NCBI GenBank assembly: GCA_963666425.2
Contig: OY762825.2
Span: 1,536,001-1,600,000 of the forward strand
Reading direction: 5' to 3'
Source: Bacillota bacterium
GTDB lineage: Bacteria; Bacillota; JAAYKD01
Length of the DNA: 64,000 nt
How positions within the stretch are numbered: the stretch's first letter is position 1; each line of letters begins with the position of its first letter. The notes under the pieces are model-generated. The model did no database searches and was not told the DNA's origin. It saw nothing but the letters and a program-made list of their open reading frames with translations. Positions 28,402 to 38,549 of this stretch are shown piece after piece. The translations under genes were made by a program, and so were the position numbers.

Positions 28402-30363
28402 ATGGCAGCTGCAATGACAGTAAAAGATATCTTTTTGCTCAAGGAATTGTCCGATATCCAAATTTCTGCGGATGGCCGCCGCATTGCCTGGCTGCAAACC
28501 GAGACCAATCGGCCAAAGAACCGCAAAGAAAGTGCGATCTGGCTGGCTGACAGCGAGGATGGCAGTCAACCGGCTGCCTTAACCGGGGATCGCAGCGATT
28601 CGAAGCCGCGTTTCTCGCCGGATGGCCAAAAAATTGCTTTTTGTTCGGAGCGCGATCACGAAAATCCCGGCGGGCTTTACCTGATTGCTCTGCAGGGCGG
28701 TGAGGCACGCTTACTGCAGGGAGAGCACAGCCTGGCTTCGGCGCCGCTCTGGTCACCCGACGGATCAAAAATCGCCTTCCTTGCCTTTGTCAAGCAGGAA
28801 GCCGCAGCCCGTTATCGCGGGGAGACAAAGGAGCTCTATCAGCCGCCGGAAGAAGAAATGCTGCGAGCGCCGCAGGTGATCAACTCGATCTCCTACCATA
28901 AGGATGGCCGGGGTTTTACACTCGGCGGTCATAATCAGCTTTTTGTCTTTGATCTCAAGGAGAACACTTGTGTTCAGCTGACCAAAGAACTGCGTAACAT
29001 CGGTCCTTTCATTTGGAATCAAAACGCAACTGCACTCTATTATGCGGTTACTTACATCAATGAGACCAGCTTCCGTTTTCAAAGCCAAGTCCTGCAAGTC
29101 ACCGCCGCCAATCAAGCCTTGCAGCATCTGCTCGATTTTGAGGGCAGCCTCGAAAGCCTCAGCCTGTTCGACCCACAAACCTTGCTGCTCGGCGGCGCCG
29201 ATCAGACTTATCCCAATGGCATCGGTCTCAGCTTGCTTTGGCAGGCAGACTTGAGCGCAAGCATGCCACTGGCACATCAGGAACTGAAATGCCTGAATCC
29301 GCACAGCCTGACCGGTTGTGAGAAGCCGATTTTCACGGCGGCAACGCAAAGCCTGACCTATCTGCGTCTATGGCAAGGCAGCAAGTCGCTTTTTTACTCG
29401 GATGCCGCCGGTGGTTTCGGCACGGAGCTGCCGGCTGCCGAAACTTTAGCGACCGTCACGGATTTCAGCTGTGATCAGGCAGGCAAGCTCGCTCTGATCG
29501 CCAGTGATTTTACACATCCGCCGGAAGTTTATTATAGCGACGGTAAAACGACGCGGCGCATTTCAGCCGCCAATGATGATTTGCTGAAAAAATTCCCCGC
29601 CCTGCCGGCTGAGAAGTTTACCGTAGAAAATGAAGGATTAACCATCGAAGCCTGGCTTGTCAAACCGCCGGAGCGGCAGGCAGGCGTTGCCTTGCCAACC
29701 ATCCTGAACATACACGGCGGACCCACCGGCGTTTATCTGGATGCTTATCAAATCACCTTTCAGCTGCAAGCCTATCAGGGTTATGCCGTCCTCTTTGCCA
29801 ATCCGCGCGGCAGCAGCAGTTATGGCCCCGCCTTCTCGGCAGCCGGCTGCAGCGATTGGGGCGGTGCCGATTACCGCGATTTAATGGCTGCAGTCGATTT
29901 CAGCATTGCACTTGGCATTGCCGATCCGAAGCGTTTGGCTGTGACCGGCTGGAGTTACGGCGGTTACATGACCGGTTGGATCGTGACTCAAAATCAGCGT
30001 TTCAAAGCGGCGGTCGCCGGAGCGATGATTTCCAATTGGCTGACGCTTTACTGTGTCTGCGATATTAATGTCTATGATGAAGGGCTCTGGGATCAGCCGC
30101 TCTTTTTGGATTACAGCAAGGCGATGCAGCGCAGTCCGGTCACTCAGGTCGCTGCGGTAACGACACCGATCCTGCTGCTGCATGGCGGCGCCGATATTCG
30201 CTGCCCGATCGATCAAAGCGAACAATTTTTCTTTGCCTTAAAGCGCATGGGGAAAGAAACGGTTTATGTCTATTATCCCGGTCAGTCCCATGCCTTTAGC
30301 TTACCCGCTTATATTGAAGACAGATGGCAGCGCACCCTGAATTGGATGCGGGAAAGACTATAA
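28402..30363 (+). CDS. S9 family (acylaminoacyl/prolyl oligo) peptidase
   Basis: N-terminal beta-propeller (SPDG repeats); IHGGP, GWSYGG, D and H triad. Confidence 0.92.
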   Translation: MAAAMTVKDIFLLKELSDIQISADGRRIAWLQTETNRPKNRKESAIWLADSEDGSQPAALTGDRSDSKPRFSPDGQKIAFCSERDHENPGGLYLIALQGGEARLLQGEHSLASAPLWSPDGSKIAFLAFVKQEAAARYRGETKELYQPPEEEMLRAPQVINSISYHKDGRGFTLGGHNQLFVFDLKENTCVQLTKELRNIGPFIWNQNATALYYAVTYINETSFRFQSQVLQVTAANQALQHLLDFEGSLESLSLFDPQTLLLGGADQTYPNGIGLSLLWQADLSASMPLAHQELKCLNPHSLTGCEKPIFTAATQSLTYLRLWQGSKSLFYSDAAGGFGTELPAAETLATVTDFSCDQAGKLALIASDFTHPPEVYYSDGKTTRRISAANDDLLKKFPALPAEKFTVENEGLTIEAWLVKPPERQAGVALPTILNIHGGPTGVYLDAYQITFQLQAYQGYAVLFANPRGSSSYGPAFSAAGCSDWGGADYRDLMAAVDFSIALGIADPKRLAVTGWSYGGYMTGWIVTQNQRFKAAVAGAMISNWLTLYCVCDINVYDEGLWDQPLFLDYSKAMQRSPVTQVAAVTTPILLLHGGADIRCPIDQSEQFFFALKRMGKETVYVYYPGQSHAFSLPAYIEDRWQRTLNWMRERL

Positions 30364-30377
30364 AAAGGAGTGTCGTT

Positions 30378-32366
30378 ATGAAAAACATCTTAACTGCTGC
30401 AAACTTTTTCGATCTCAAAACAATCAGTGATCTGCAGATTGCACCGGACGGCAAAACGGCTGTGTATGTTCTGAACGAAACCAATCTGGAGAAAAACGAA
30501 AAAGTGACCAATCTTTGGCAGGTTGCCACGGATGCCGGCTCACCGCCGCGCCGCTTAACCAGCAGCGGCAAAGACAGCGCGCCGCGCTTCTCTCCGGATG
30601 GCAGCCAGGTGCTCTTTCTCTCTAACCGCGCAGAGCAAGCCAAAGCACAATTTTATACCATCTCCCTGCAAGGCGGCGAGGCGGAGCGGCTCAGCACGGA
30701 AGTCATTCCGGTTTCCGCCGGACTGTGGAGCCCGGATGGCAAGAAAATCGCTTTTCAGGCCGCCGTACCACTGACAGAAGGGCCGCGTTATGCCGATGAA
30801 CCGAAAGAACTCTATACGCTGGGGAAAACTGACAAAGAAAAAAAAGAGGCGCCCCTGGTCATCACAGATACGGATTACCGGGTTGACGGCAAGGGCTATG
30901 TCTTTCAGAATTATCTGCAGCTCTTTGTCCTGGATCTTAGTGAAAAAACAGCCGTCTGCCGGCAAATCACAGCGCAAAAACAACGGCAGGAAGCGTTTTT
31001 CTGGAACCAGGAAAGCACTGCGCTTTATTATGTGATCAATCGCTATGATCAGGCAAGCGTCAGCTACCGCAGCCGAATCTCGAAAATTCAATTAGCCAAT
31101 GCTTTCAGCAGCGACATCGTGGAGTTTGACGGCACGATTAAAAATCCGCTTTTAACAGACGATGGCAGCCGCTTCGTTTGGCTTGGCGCCGACAATTCTC
31201 AGGCCGCCGGCACTAATGTGGAAAGAATTTGGTCGATCGCGCTTTCTGGATCGCAACCCTTGGATCAACAAAATCTCGTCTGTCTGACGCCGGATTGTCA
31301 GGCCACGCGCAGCAATTTACGCTATGCGGCGGAGGAAAAGACGCTCTACTATCTCAAGCAGCATCATGCCAGCGCTTATTTCTGCCGTTTACCCTACTCT
31401 GACGGGCAAATCGGCGCAGAAGCCGACGCCGTCAGCGGTGCCCTGGCTACCGTCAGTGGCTTTGCGGTCAATGCTTTGGGTGAACGCGTCTTTCTCGGCG
31501 AAGACAGCAGCCATCCGGCCGAGCTCTTTGCGGTGAAGGAAGCAAAACCTTTGGGTCTCTCGGCTGTCAATGCTGAATTCTTAGCCAAGTTTCCCCCTTT
31601 GCCAACTGAAAAATTCACTTATGCCGGCGCGGATGGCTGGAATATAGAGGGTTTCCTCGTGCGGCCGCTCGATTATACCGCAGGCACCCGCGCAGCCACG
31701 ATCCTCAGCATTCATGGCGGCCCCACCGGTGTTTATATGGATAGCTTCCAATTCCCTTTCCAATTTTTAGCTTATCACGGTTATGCGGTTGTTTATGTCA
31801 ATCCGCGCGGCAGCATTACCTATGGTCCGGAATTTGCCGCGGCCTGCGTCAACGATCTGGGCGGCAAGGACTTTCAGGATATTATGCTGGGCGTCGATCA
31901 TGTCATCGCCATGGGCGTCGCCGACCCCAATCGTCTGGGCGTGACCGGCTGGAGCTATGGCGGCTACATGACTTCCTGGGCAGTCAGCCAAACGAAGCGC
32001 TTTCGGGCGGCCGTGGCCGGCGCGATCATTTCCAACTGGCTGACGCTCTGCTTGGTCAGCGACGCCAGTACCTATGGCGAAGGGCTGCACGGCGGTCCGG
32101 CTTTCGATGATATCCCGGCTCTGATGGCTCGCAGCCCCATTCAATTTGTACGCCAAGTAGAAACTCCTCTCCTGCTTCTGCACGGCATGAATGATGTGCG
32201 CTGCCCGCAGGATCAGACCGAACAATTCTATTATGCCCTCAAACGTCTTGGCAAAGAAACCGTCTATGTCAAATATCCGGAGCAATTCCACGGTTTTGTC
32301 AAACCATCCTATATTGCGGATCGTTGGCAAAGAACCCTGGCTTGGTTCCAGAGTCATATCAAATAA
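30378..32366 (+). CDS. S9 family peptidase, tandem paralog
   Basis: Same architecture; IHGGP, GWSYGG, DVRCP and HGF; AAGGAG RBS before 30378. Confidence 0.92.
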   Translation: MKNILTAANFFDLKTISDLQIAPDGKTAVYVLNETNLEKNEKVTNLWQVATDAGSPPRRLTSSGKDSAPRFSPDGSQVLFLSNRAEQAKAQFYTISLQGGEAERLSTEVIPVSAGLWSPDGKKIAFQAAVPLTEGPRYADEPKELYTLGKTDKEKKEAPLVITDTDYRVDGKGYVFQNYLQLFVLDLSEKTAVCRQITAQKQRQEAFFWNQESTALYYVINRYDQASVSYRSRISKIQLANAFSSDIVEFDGTIKNPLLTDDGSRFVWLGADNSQAAGTNVERIWSIALSGSQPLDQQNLVCLTPDCQATRSNLRYAAEEKTLYYLKQHHASAYFCRLPYSDGQIGAEADAVSGALATVSGFAVNALGERVFLGEDSSHPAELFAVKEAKPLGLSAVNAEFLAKFPPLPTEKFTYAGADGWNIEGFLVRPLDYTAGTRAATILSIHGGPTGVYMDSFQFPFQFLAYHGYAVVYVNPRGSITYGPEFAAACVNDLGGKDFQDIMLGVDHVIAMGVADPNRLGVTGWSYGGYMTSWAVSQTKRFRAAVAGAIISNWLTLCLVSDASTYGEGLHGGPAFDDIPALMARSPIQFVRQVETPLLLLHGMNDVRCPQDQTEQFYYALKRLGKETVYVKYPEQFHGFVKPSYIADRWQRTLAWFQSHIK

Positions 32367-32381
32367 GGTGAGTGATACAAA

Positions 32382-33359
32382 ATGAAACAGGAATTTGAAC
32401 AACATACCAGCAGCGGCAGCAATCCGTCGGACAATATGGATGAACTGCGCGATTTACAACAGAAAGGTGAACGCGCCGCTAAAATTGAAACCATGCTGCT
32501 GGAATTGGAAGACGAACTGGAAGAAACCGAATTGGATGCGGATGAACGTCTGACCCAGCTGGAACGCGAAGAAGCCGATGTGAAACGCATAAAAGGATTG
32601 GGTTTCAGCCGCTTTTTAGCCGGGATCAGCGGTGATTATTACGAGCGCCTGGATCAGGAGGAACGGGAAGCTGCCGAAGCTACCATTTACTACAATCAGG
32701 CGGTGGATCGAATCGAAGATATCAAGCTGCAGATTCAGCAGCTGAAACAGGAACAGGCAGACTGCCAGGTCGCGGCTGAGCGCTATCATTGGTTGCTGAA
32801 AGCCAAGCAAAAAGAAAGCCAAACGAAAGGCGGCAGCCCGGCAGGCAAGATTGCCGCGCTGCAGGAAGCCATTGACCTGTGCAAGCGAAATCAGCGCGAA
32901 TTACAGGAAGCGATCTCTGCCGGTGAAGCGGCCAAAGCCAGTCTGCTGCTCGTCATCCAAAGTTTGAACAGCGCTTCCGGCTGGGGAATCTTCGATATGG
33001 TGGGCGGCGGTCTGCTGGCTACTTTGGTCAAGCACTCACACATTGATGAAGCAAAGCGCCAAGTTACTGCCGCAGAAAATAACCTGCGCCGCTTTCATAC
33101 CGAACTGTTGGATACGCCGATCTCCGCCCAATTGCAGATTGATACCGACGGTTTTATGAAATTTGCCGATTTCTTTATGGATGGCTTCCTCTTTGATTTT
33201 TTCATGCAGGCAAAAATCAATACAGCCAGAGAAAATGTGCAGACCGTAACGGATTCCGTGCAGGAATATCTGCTCGACTTAAACGAATTAAGGCAAACCG
33301 AGCTGCAGGAAGAAGAACGCTTGCAACTGCAGCTGGAAGACTTGATTTTAGAGAAATAA
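32382..33359 (+). CDS. Conserved hypothetical coiled-coil protein
   Basis: Glu/Gln-rich heptads with WGIFDMVGGG and FADFFMDG segments. Confidence 0.7.
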   Translation: MKQEFEQHTSSGSNPSDNMDELRDLQQKGERAAKIETMLLELEDELEETELDADERLTQLEREEADVKRIKGLGFSRFLAGISGDYYERLDQEEREAAEATIYYNQAVDRIEDIKLQIQQLKQEQADCQVAAERYHWLLKAKQKESQTKGGSPAGKIAALQEAIDLCKRNQRELQEAISAGEAAKASLLLVIQSLNSASGWGIFDMVGGGLLATLVKHSHIDEAKRQVTAAENNLRRFHTELLDTPISAQLQIDTDGFMKFADFFMDGFLFDFFMQAKINTARENVQTVTDSVQEYLLDLNELRQTELQEEERLQLQLEDLILEK

Positions 33360-33414
33360 TCAGCCTTGAGTAAAGCAGGCCAAATCCCATTGAAAGACCG
33401 GAAGTGATGCGTAT

Positions 33415-34074
33415 ATGAAAAGAAAAGCAACCTGGCTGGTCGCGCTGCCATTGATTTTGTTTGTTCTGTTGGCCATCAGTATCGCAGCTGGCATCACGGT
33501 AGGATTTGAAGGCTGGGCTTACAATGAGACCATCGAACATATGTCTCCCCTGCTGACCGCGCTCGTCAAAGTCATTACGCACATCGGTGATGCGAGCAGT
33601 GTGATCTCCTTCTGCCTTTTACTGTTCGCCCTGCCGAAATCGAGACGAAGCATTGCGATTCCTGTTTCCGTTACGGTCATCATCTCGACCATCCTCAATG
33701 TTTTACTAAAAAATCTATTTACCAGACAGCGTCCGGATATTTTACGCTTGATTAACGAGCTGAGTTATAGTTTTCCCAGCGGCCATGCCATGAACAACGC
33801 CGCGCTTTATACGATCCTGATCCTGATGATTTTCCGCTCTGTTAAAAATCCCGTCCGGAAATACAGCTTAATCGCTCTCTGCGTCGTGCTGAACCTCAGC
33901 ATTGGTTTGAGCCGCATCTATCTGGGCGTGCATTATGCGGGCGATGTTTTAGGCGGCTGGCTGATTGGCTTTGCCGTTGCGGTGCTGGTTGATCTCTTTT
34001 GGCAAGAACAAAGTTTATCAAAGCAAAGCAGCACAGCACGCCTGCAAAGGAAGCAACACAGAACCAGAGAGTAA
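33415..34074 (+). CDS. PAP2 family membrane phosphatase
   Basis: KxxxxRxRP, SFPSGH and SRIYLGVHY. Confidence 0.9.
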   Translation: MKRKATWLVALPLILFVLLAISIAAGITVGFEGWAYNETIEHMSPLLTALVKVITHIGDASSVISFCLLLFALPKSRRSIAIPVSVTVIISTILNVLLKNLFTRQRPDILRLINELSYSFPSGHAMNNAALYTILILMIFRSVKNPVRKYSLIALCVVLNLSIGLSRIYLGVHYAGDVLGGWLIGFAVAVLVDLFWQEQSLSKQSSTARLQRKQHRTRE

Positions 34075-34094
34075 GTTTTTACATCAAATGAAAC

Positions 34095-34146
34095 AACAGG
34101 GGCAAAATGCTGCAATAACGCAGAATTTTGCCCCTGTTCCTTTTCT
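34095..34146. terminator. Terminator between convergent PAP2 gene and ileS
   Basis: AACAGGGGCAAAAT...ATTTTGCCCCTGTT. Confidence 0.65.
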
Positions 34147-34167
34147 TGTATGCCTGGTTGTGGATCT

Positions 34168-37100
34168 TTACACTGCTTTCATCTCCAGCAGAACCCTGCT
34201 ATCTCCCACCGCTACTTCTCTGCTGTTCGGCCAGCCCTGTGCTGTCAACAGCAGCGAATCTGTCAAAGTCTCCTGCTGCAGTTGCTTGCCGAAACGCTCG
34301 ATGGCCTGCCGGATGGCCGGCTCTGCCGACGAAACGCTGAGCTGGATGTGCATCTCAATTTGCAAACCGATCTCTTTGCGCATCACCTGGCACTGCCGCA
34401 AAACCTCCCGGTAATATCCTTCCTCTACCAAAGTGTCCGTCAGCACGGTATCGAGCGCGACCTGTAAGGCGCCGTCTTTCGCTAAAAGAATCCCTGCTTT
34501 GCTCTCCTGCTTGACGGTAAAGAGTTCCGCTGCCAGAGGCTGATCGTAATCGGTCAGGTTCACCGCCTTACCGGCCAAAACGCTGCACGCTGCCTGTTCC
34601 TGCTCTGCCGCAGAGGCTGTCTGCAGCAATTGCTGAACTTTGTGTAAATCGGTTTTCAAGATCTGTCCGGCCGTCCTGAAATTTAAACTTAAGCGATTGC
34701 TTTGCAATTGCGCGGCATCGGTCAAAAAGACAAGTTGTTTGACATTTAACTCATCCAAAATGATTGCTTCATAGAGCCGAATCGCGGCCGCCGCTTCCGG
34801 CTGGCAGACGAGATAGAGAACGGCCAAGGGCTGACGAACTTTGATCTGCGCTTCATTGCGCAGCTTCAGCGCCAAGGTAACCACCTGCCGTGCCACTTCA
34901 GCCTGCTGCAGACGGTTAGAGTCGGTTGCTGCCACAGCGGGGAAATCGCTGAGATGGACAGAAGCAGTTTCCTGCGGTTCGTAAACGCGGATCAAATCCT
35001 GCCAGAGAGACTCCGTCAGGAAGGGCAGGATCGGCGCCATGATTTGAATCATTGTTTTGATCGCACGGTAGAGCACCGTAAAGGCGGCGCTCTCTTCCTG
35101 CCAGAAACGGCGGCGATTGCTGCGCACATACCAATTGGAAAGGTCCTCTACACAGAGTTCGAAGGCTTTGACCACGTCGGAGGTCTTATAATTTTCATAG
35201 GCTGCTTTTGCGTCCGCGCTGAATTTAGCGATGCGCGCTGCCAGCCAGTGATCGCTTTCCTGCCAACCCGTCTCGCAGTGTAAATCGACCTGACTCAGAG
35301 AAGCGTAGGTCTCGAAGAAGACGCAGATTTGCCAGAAACCCATGATTTTACGTTTGGCCTCTTCGCCTAAAGTATAGCCAAAACGCACATCGCTGGCCGT
35401 ACCGGCTCCGGCAAAGAGATAACGAATCACATCCGCTCCCAGCCGGTCTGCCGCTTCATCAAAGCGGATCATGAAACCGGTTTTGGAAAAATGGGTGCCG
35501 TCTTCCGAAACCACGCTGCTGTAGCCCAGGACGCGTTCATACGGCGCCCGGCCGGTCAGCGTGACGCTCATGAACAACTGCGAATAAAACCAGAGGCGCA
35601 CTTGCTCCTGCATTTCCGTCACCCATTCGGCCGGAAACCAACGCTGCCATTCTTCGCGGTTGCTGAAATAGCCAAGGGTGGAAAAGGGAACGATGCCGGC
35701 ATCCAGCCAGACATCGCCGACTTCCGTGATACGCTGCACCGGAGCGCCGCAATGCGGGCAGGTGATGCGGATGCTGTCGATCCAGGGCCGATGCAGCTCG
35801 GGTAAGTCGTCTACCGCCGGACCGCCCAGTTCGCGCAGCTCGGCCTTGGAACCGACCACCGTCAGATGACCGCACTGTTCGCAGGGGTAGAAGGGCAAAG
35901 GTAAACCATAATAACGCTTGCGGGAGATATTCCAATCGCCCATATTCTGCAGCCAATCCTCCATCCGCTTGCCGATATGGGCGGGTTCCCATTTGACCGT
36001 CCGGGCAGCTCCCAGCAATTTTGGCCGAATGGCATCGGTGCGAATCACCCAGGAAGGTACCAGGCGGAAGAGTACTTCCTGCTTACAGCGCCAGCAGACC
36101 GGATAGGAGTGCGTATACTCCATTGTTTTATACAGTTTACCCGCCTGCTGCAGCTGAGCAAAGATCACCGGTGCGGCTTCTGCCGCGGTTAACCCTTGGA
36201 AAGGCGCATACTCCGCCGTTAAAATGCCGTTATCGTCAATCGGACAAAGCTGCGGCAGCTGCAGTTTTTGCCCCAATTCAAAGTCTTCCGCTCCGCAGCC
36301 GGGGGCGATATGCACGACGCCGCTGCCTTCTTCCGCCGCAACATCCTCCCAAGCAACAATACGATGTTCAAAATTCTGCAGCTCAAGCTCCGGAAAACAG
36401 GTTTCATAATGCAATCCCACCAGTTCAGTCCCCGGTAAAAGACGCAAGACCTGTTTTTCGCCGTCAATGTATTTCAAGGCGGTTTTCGCCAGCACCAGCG
36501 GTCTCGCCGCACCGGGCAGCTGCACCAGGGCATAGGTCAGAGACGGATTGACCGCCAGGGCCACATTGGCCGTCAAGGTCCAGGGTGTGGTGGTCCAAAC
36601 CAGGATATCGAAGTTTTGCTCCTGCACCGGCAATTTAACAAAGACCGAGGTATGGGTTACTTCGCGATGAGAGCCGGACATCTCATGCTCGGACAGCGAG
36701 GTACCGCAGCGCGGACACCAGGGTACCGGTCGGTAACTTTTATCCAGCCAGCCATTCTCAGCGCAGGTCTTTAAAAAATACCAGATGGCTGTGATGTTTT
36801 CGTCCGTATGGGTGAAATAAGAATGCTCCCAGTCCATCCATTGACCCAAGCGGATGGATTGCTGTGTAATGATACCGGAATATTTGGCAACCCGCTCTTC
36901 ACACTTGCGGGTGAAACGGTCCATGCCATAGGCTTCAATATCGCGTTTGCCGGCAAAGCCCAATTCTTTCTCCACTTCCACCTCAACCCACAGGCCCTGC
37001 GCATCAAAGCCGTTGCGGTAAAGACAGCTTTGTCCGTTCATTGCCTTGTAACGCAGTGTGATATCCTTTAAGCTGCGGCCCCAGGCATGATGCACACCCA

Positions 37101-37248
37101 TGGGATTATTGGCTGTGATCGGTCCATCGATGAAGCGGAACGGTTTACCGTTTTTGTTTTTTTCCTGTAAGGCAGCAAAGGTTTGCTCATCCTGCCATAA
37201 TTTCAGGATCTCCTGTTCCATCTGGGGAAAATCCAGTGTGTTTTTCAT
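34168..37248 (-). CDS. ileS: Isoleucine--tRNA ligase, type 2
   Basis: DGPITAN, WTTTPWTL, DWNISRKRY; Ile-specific T-box upstream; start taken at MKNTLDF. Confidence 0.93.
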   Translation of the reverse strand: MKNTLDFPQMEQEILKLWQDEQTFAALQEKNKNGKPFRFIDGPITANNPMGVHHAWGRSLKDITLRYKAMNGQSCLYRNGFDAQGLWVEVEVEKELGFAGKRDIEAYGMDRFTRKCEERVAKYSGIITQQSIRLGQWMDWEHSYFTHTDENITAIWYFLKTCAENGWLDKSYRPVPWCPRCGTSLSEHEMSGSHREVTHTSVFVKLPVQEQNFDILVWTTTPWTLTANVALAVNPSLTYALVQLPGAARPLVLAKTALKYIDGEKQVLRLLPGTELVGLHYETCFPELELQNFEHRIVAWEDVAAEEGSGVVHIAPGCGAEDFELGQKLQLPQLCPIDDNGILTAEYAPFQGLTAAEAAPVIFAQLQQAGKLYKTMEYTHSYPVCWRCKQEVLFRLVPSWVIRTDAIRPKLLGAARTVKWEPAHIGKRMEDWLQNMGDWNISRKRYYGLPLPFYPCEQCGHLTVVGSKAELRELGGPAVDDLPELHRPWIDSIRITCPHCGAPVQRITEVGDVWLDAGIVPFSTLGYFSNREEWQRWFPAEWVTEMQEQVRLWFYSQLFMSVTLTGRAPYERVLGYSSVVSEDGTHFSKTGFMIRFDEAADRLGADVIRYLFAGAGTASDVRFGYTLGEEAKRKIMGFWQICVFFETYASLSQVDLHCETGWQESDHWLAARIAKFSADAKAAYENYKTSDVVKAFELCVEDLSNWYVRSNRRRFWQEESAAFTVLYRAIKTMIQIMAPILPFLTESLWQDLIRVYEPQETASVHLSDFPAVAATDSNRLQQAEVARQVVTLALKLRNEAQIKVRQPLAVLYLVCQPEAAAAIRLYEAIILDELNVKQLVFLTDAAQLQSNRLSLNFRTAGQILKTDLHKVQQLLQTASAAEQEQAACSVLAGKAVNLTDYDQPLAAELFTVKQESKAGILLAKDGALQVALDTVLTDTLVEEGYYREVLRQCQVMRKEIGLQIEMHIQLSVSSAEPAIRQAIERFGKQLQQETLTDSLLLTAQGWPNSREVAVGDSRVLLEMKAV

Positions 37249-37397
37249 TTTTCTGCACCCTCTCTTGTTCTTCAATTTAAAAATAACAGCCAAAATCCAG
37301 AATCATCCCGGCTCTGTTCAGCAAACTGCCCATTGCCTAATCGCCTCCTTCTCGGTGAGACCGCCGGCTCTGCAACGCCAAGATCCGCTGAGGATAT

Positions 37398-37650
37398 AAA
37401 AAAAGCCTTCGTCCCCATAACAGGACGAAAGCTGATTGCGTTCGTTTGAAACCACCTATTACAACATACCAACATATGCGTTTCCTGATAACGGGGAAAA
37501 ACCGTCAGAGCCTACCGGCAGAGTGATCTGCTTTCGGTCTGAGACTCGGAAGTGATTTTCATCCGGCAGCTACTCGTATCGGGCTCGCACTCTCCCCGAC
37601 TCGCTGTTGCTTTGGCTGATGGCGGATTACTCTCTTCCTCACTGTCATTA
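37398..37650 (-). promoter_or_regulatory. T-box riboswitch, Ile specifier (AUC)
   Basis: Stem I with AGTA/GAA, CAGCGAG and GTGCGAG loops, GAAA-ATC-AC specifier (37554-37556); GGTGGT antiterminator bulge with TTCGTCC; terminator followed by a U-run. Confidence 0.9.
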
Positions 37651-37655
37651 TGCCT

Positions 37656-37684
37656 ATTGTAATGGCTGTAGGCAAGCTTGTCAA
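37656..37684 (-). promoter_or_regulatory. ileS promoter
   Basis: TTGACA-N17-TACAAT. Confidence 0.85.
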
Positions 37685-37743
37685 CTGGATTTTTTGCTTT
37701 GCCAATAACAGAAAGTCCTGACAAGAAAAAGATGCGGTTCTGA

Positions 37744-38469
37744 TTAACGGATCCTGGCTTTAAAACACAGCCCACGTTGATGACTGCCCTCGAGATAGAA
37801 CGTCTCTCCCGCTTCGGCCTGACAGCCTTGCAGCTGCAGCACATCTCCCGCAAAAGCTTCGCTGACATATTGGATCTGCAGCTGGCTGAAGCGATGTTCT
37901 GTGGGCGCCAACGGCCAAAAATCGCTGAGAATGTCCGCATAGATCGTATTGTTCAAGTGACTGTTATAATCCAAATCGGAATAATAAATAGTGCGGCTGC
38001 CGAGCGGAGACAAGTCAGCCGGCATTTTCATATTTTCTACTTGTAAAGCAGCATCCGGCTGACGATCTTCAAACACGCCCAAACGATAAAAAGCAGCGGG
38101 GCGCAGCAGACGATGCGTATTGACATCGGCCAGCACACTAAGCTGCAGAAGATTACCGATTTCCTCCCCGGCGGCATATAGGTGGAACGAACGATAAAAA
38201 TGCGCGCCGAGGTTGCCCAGCGGTTCTGTGATAATTGTTAAATTTTCTCCGAAACAGGGTTGACGCCGCAGGTTCAGCAGATTCGTCGTCAGCAAAAAGG
38301 CCATGCCTTCGGCTGCCAATTGGTTGTGGTCCATGCCAAAGGCAGCCACATGCTCCTCGCAAATTTCCTGAAACATGCGCAGCAGCGCGGAAGGTTTCAT
38401 CAAGTTGCCTGGTCCCACCTGAAAAACAGCTACGGTGACTTGACGTTGATACTGCTTTGCTGAAGTCAA
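37744..38469 (-). CDS. Acyl-ACP thioesterase (FatA-type hot-dog fold)
   Basis: YSDLDYNSHLNNTIY motif; length of about 240 aa. Confidence 0.82.
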   Translation of the reverse strand: MTSAKQYQRQVTVAVFQVGPGNLMKPSALLRMFQEICEEHVAAFGMDHNQLAAEGMAFLLTTNLLNLRRQPCFGENLTIITEPLGNLGAHFYRSFHLYAAGEEIGNLLQLSVLADVNTHRLLRPAAFYRLGVFEDRQPDAALQVENMKMPADLSPLGSRTIYYSDLDYNSHLNNTIYADILSDFWPLAPTEHRFSQLQIQYVSEAFAGDVLQLQGCQAEAGETFYLEGSHQRGLCFKARIR

Positions 38470-38549
38470 AACGCCTCACTCCTCTACTTTCAATACTGCT
38501 CTTTGCATGATCTCATCAAAAAGCGGCAGTCTTGCACTGCCGCCGCATT

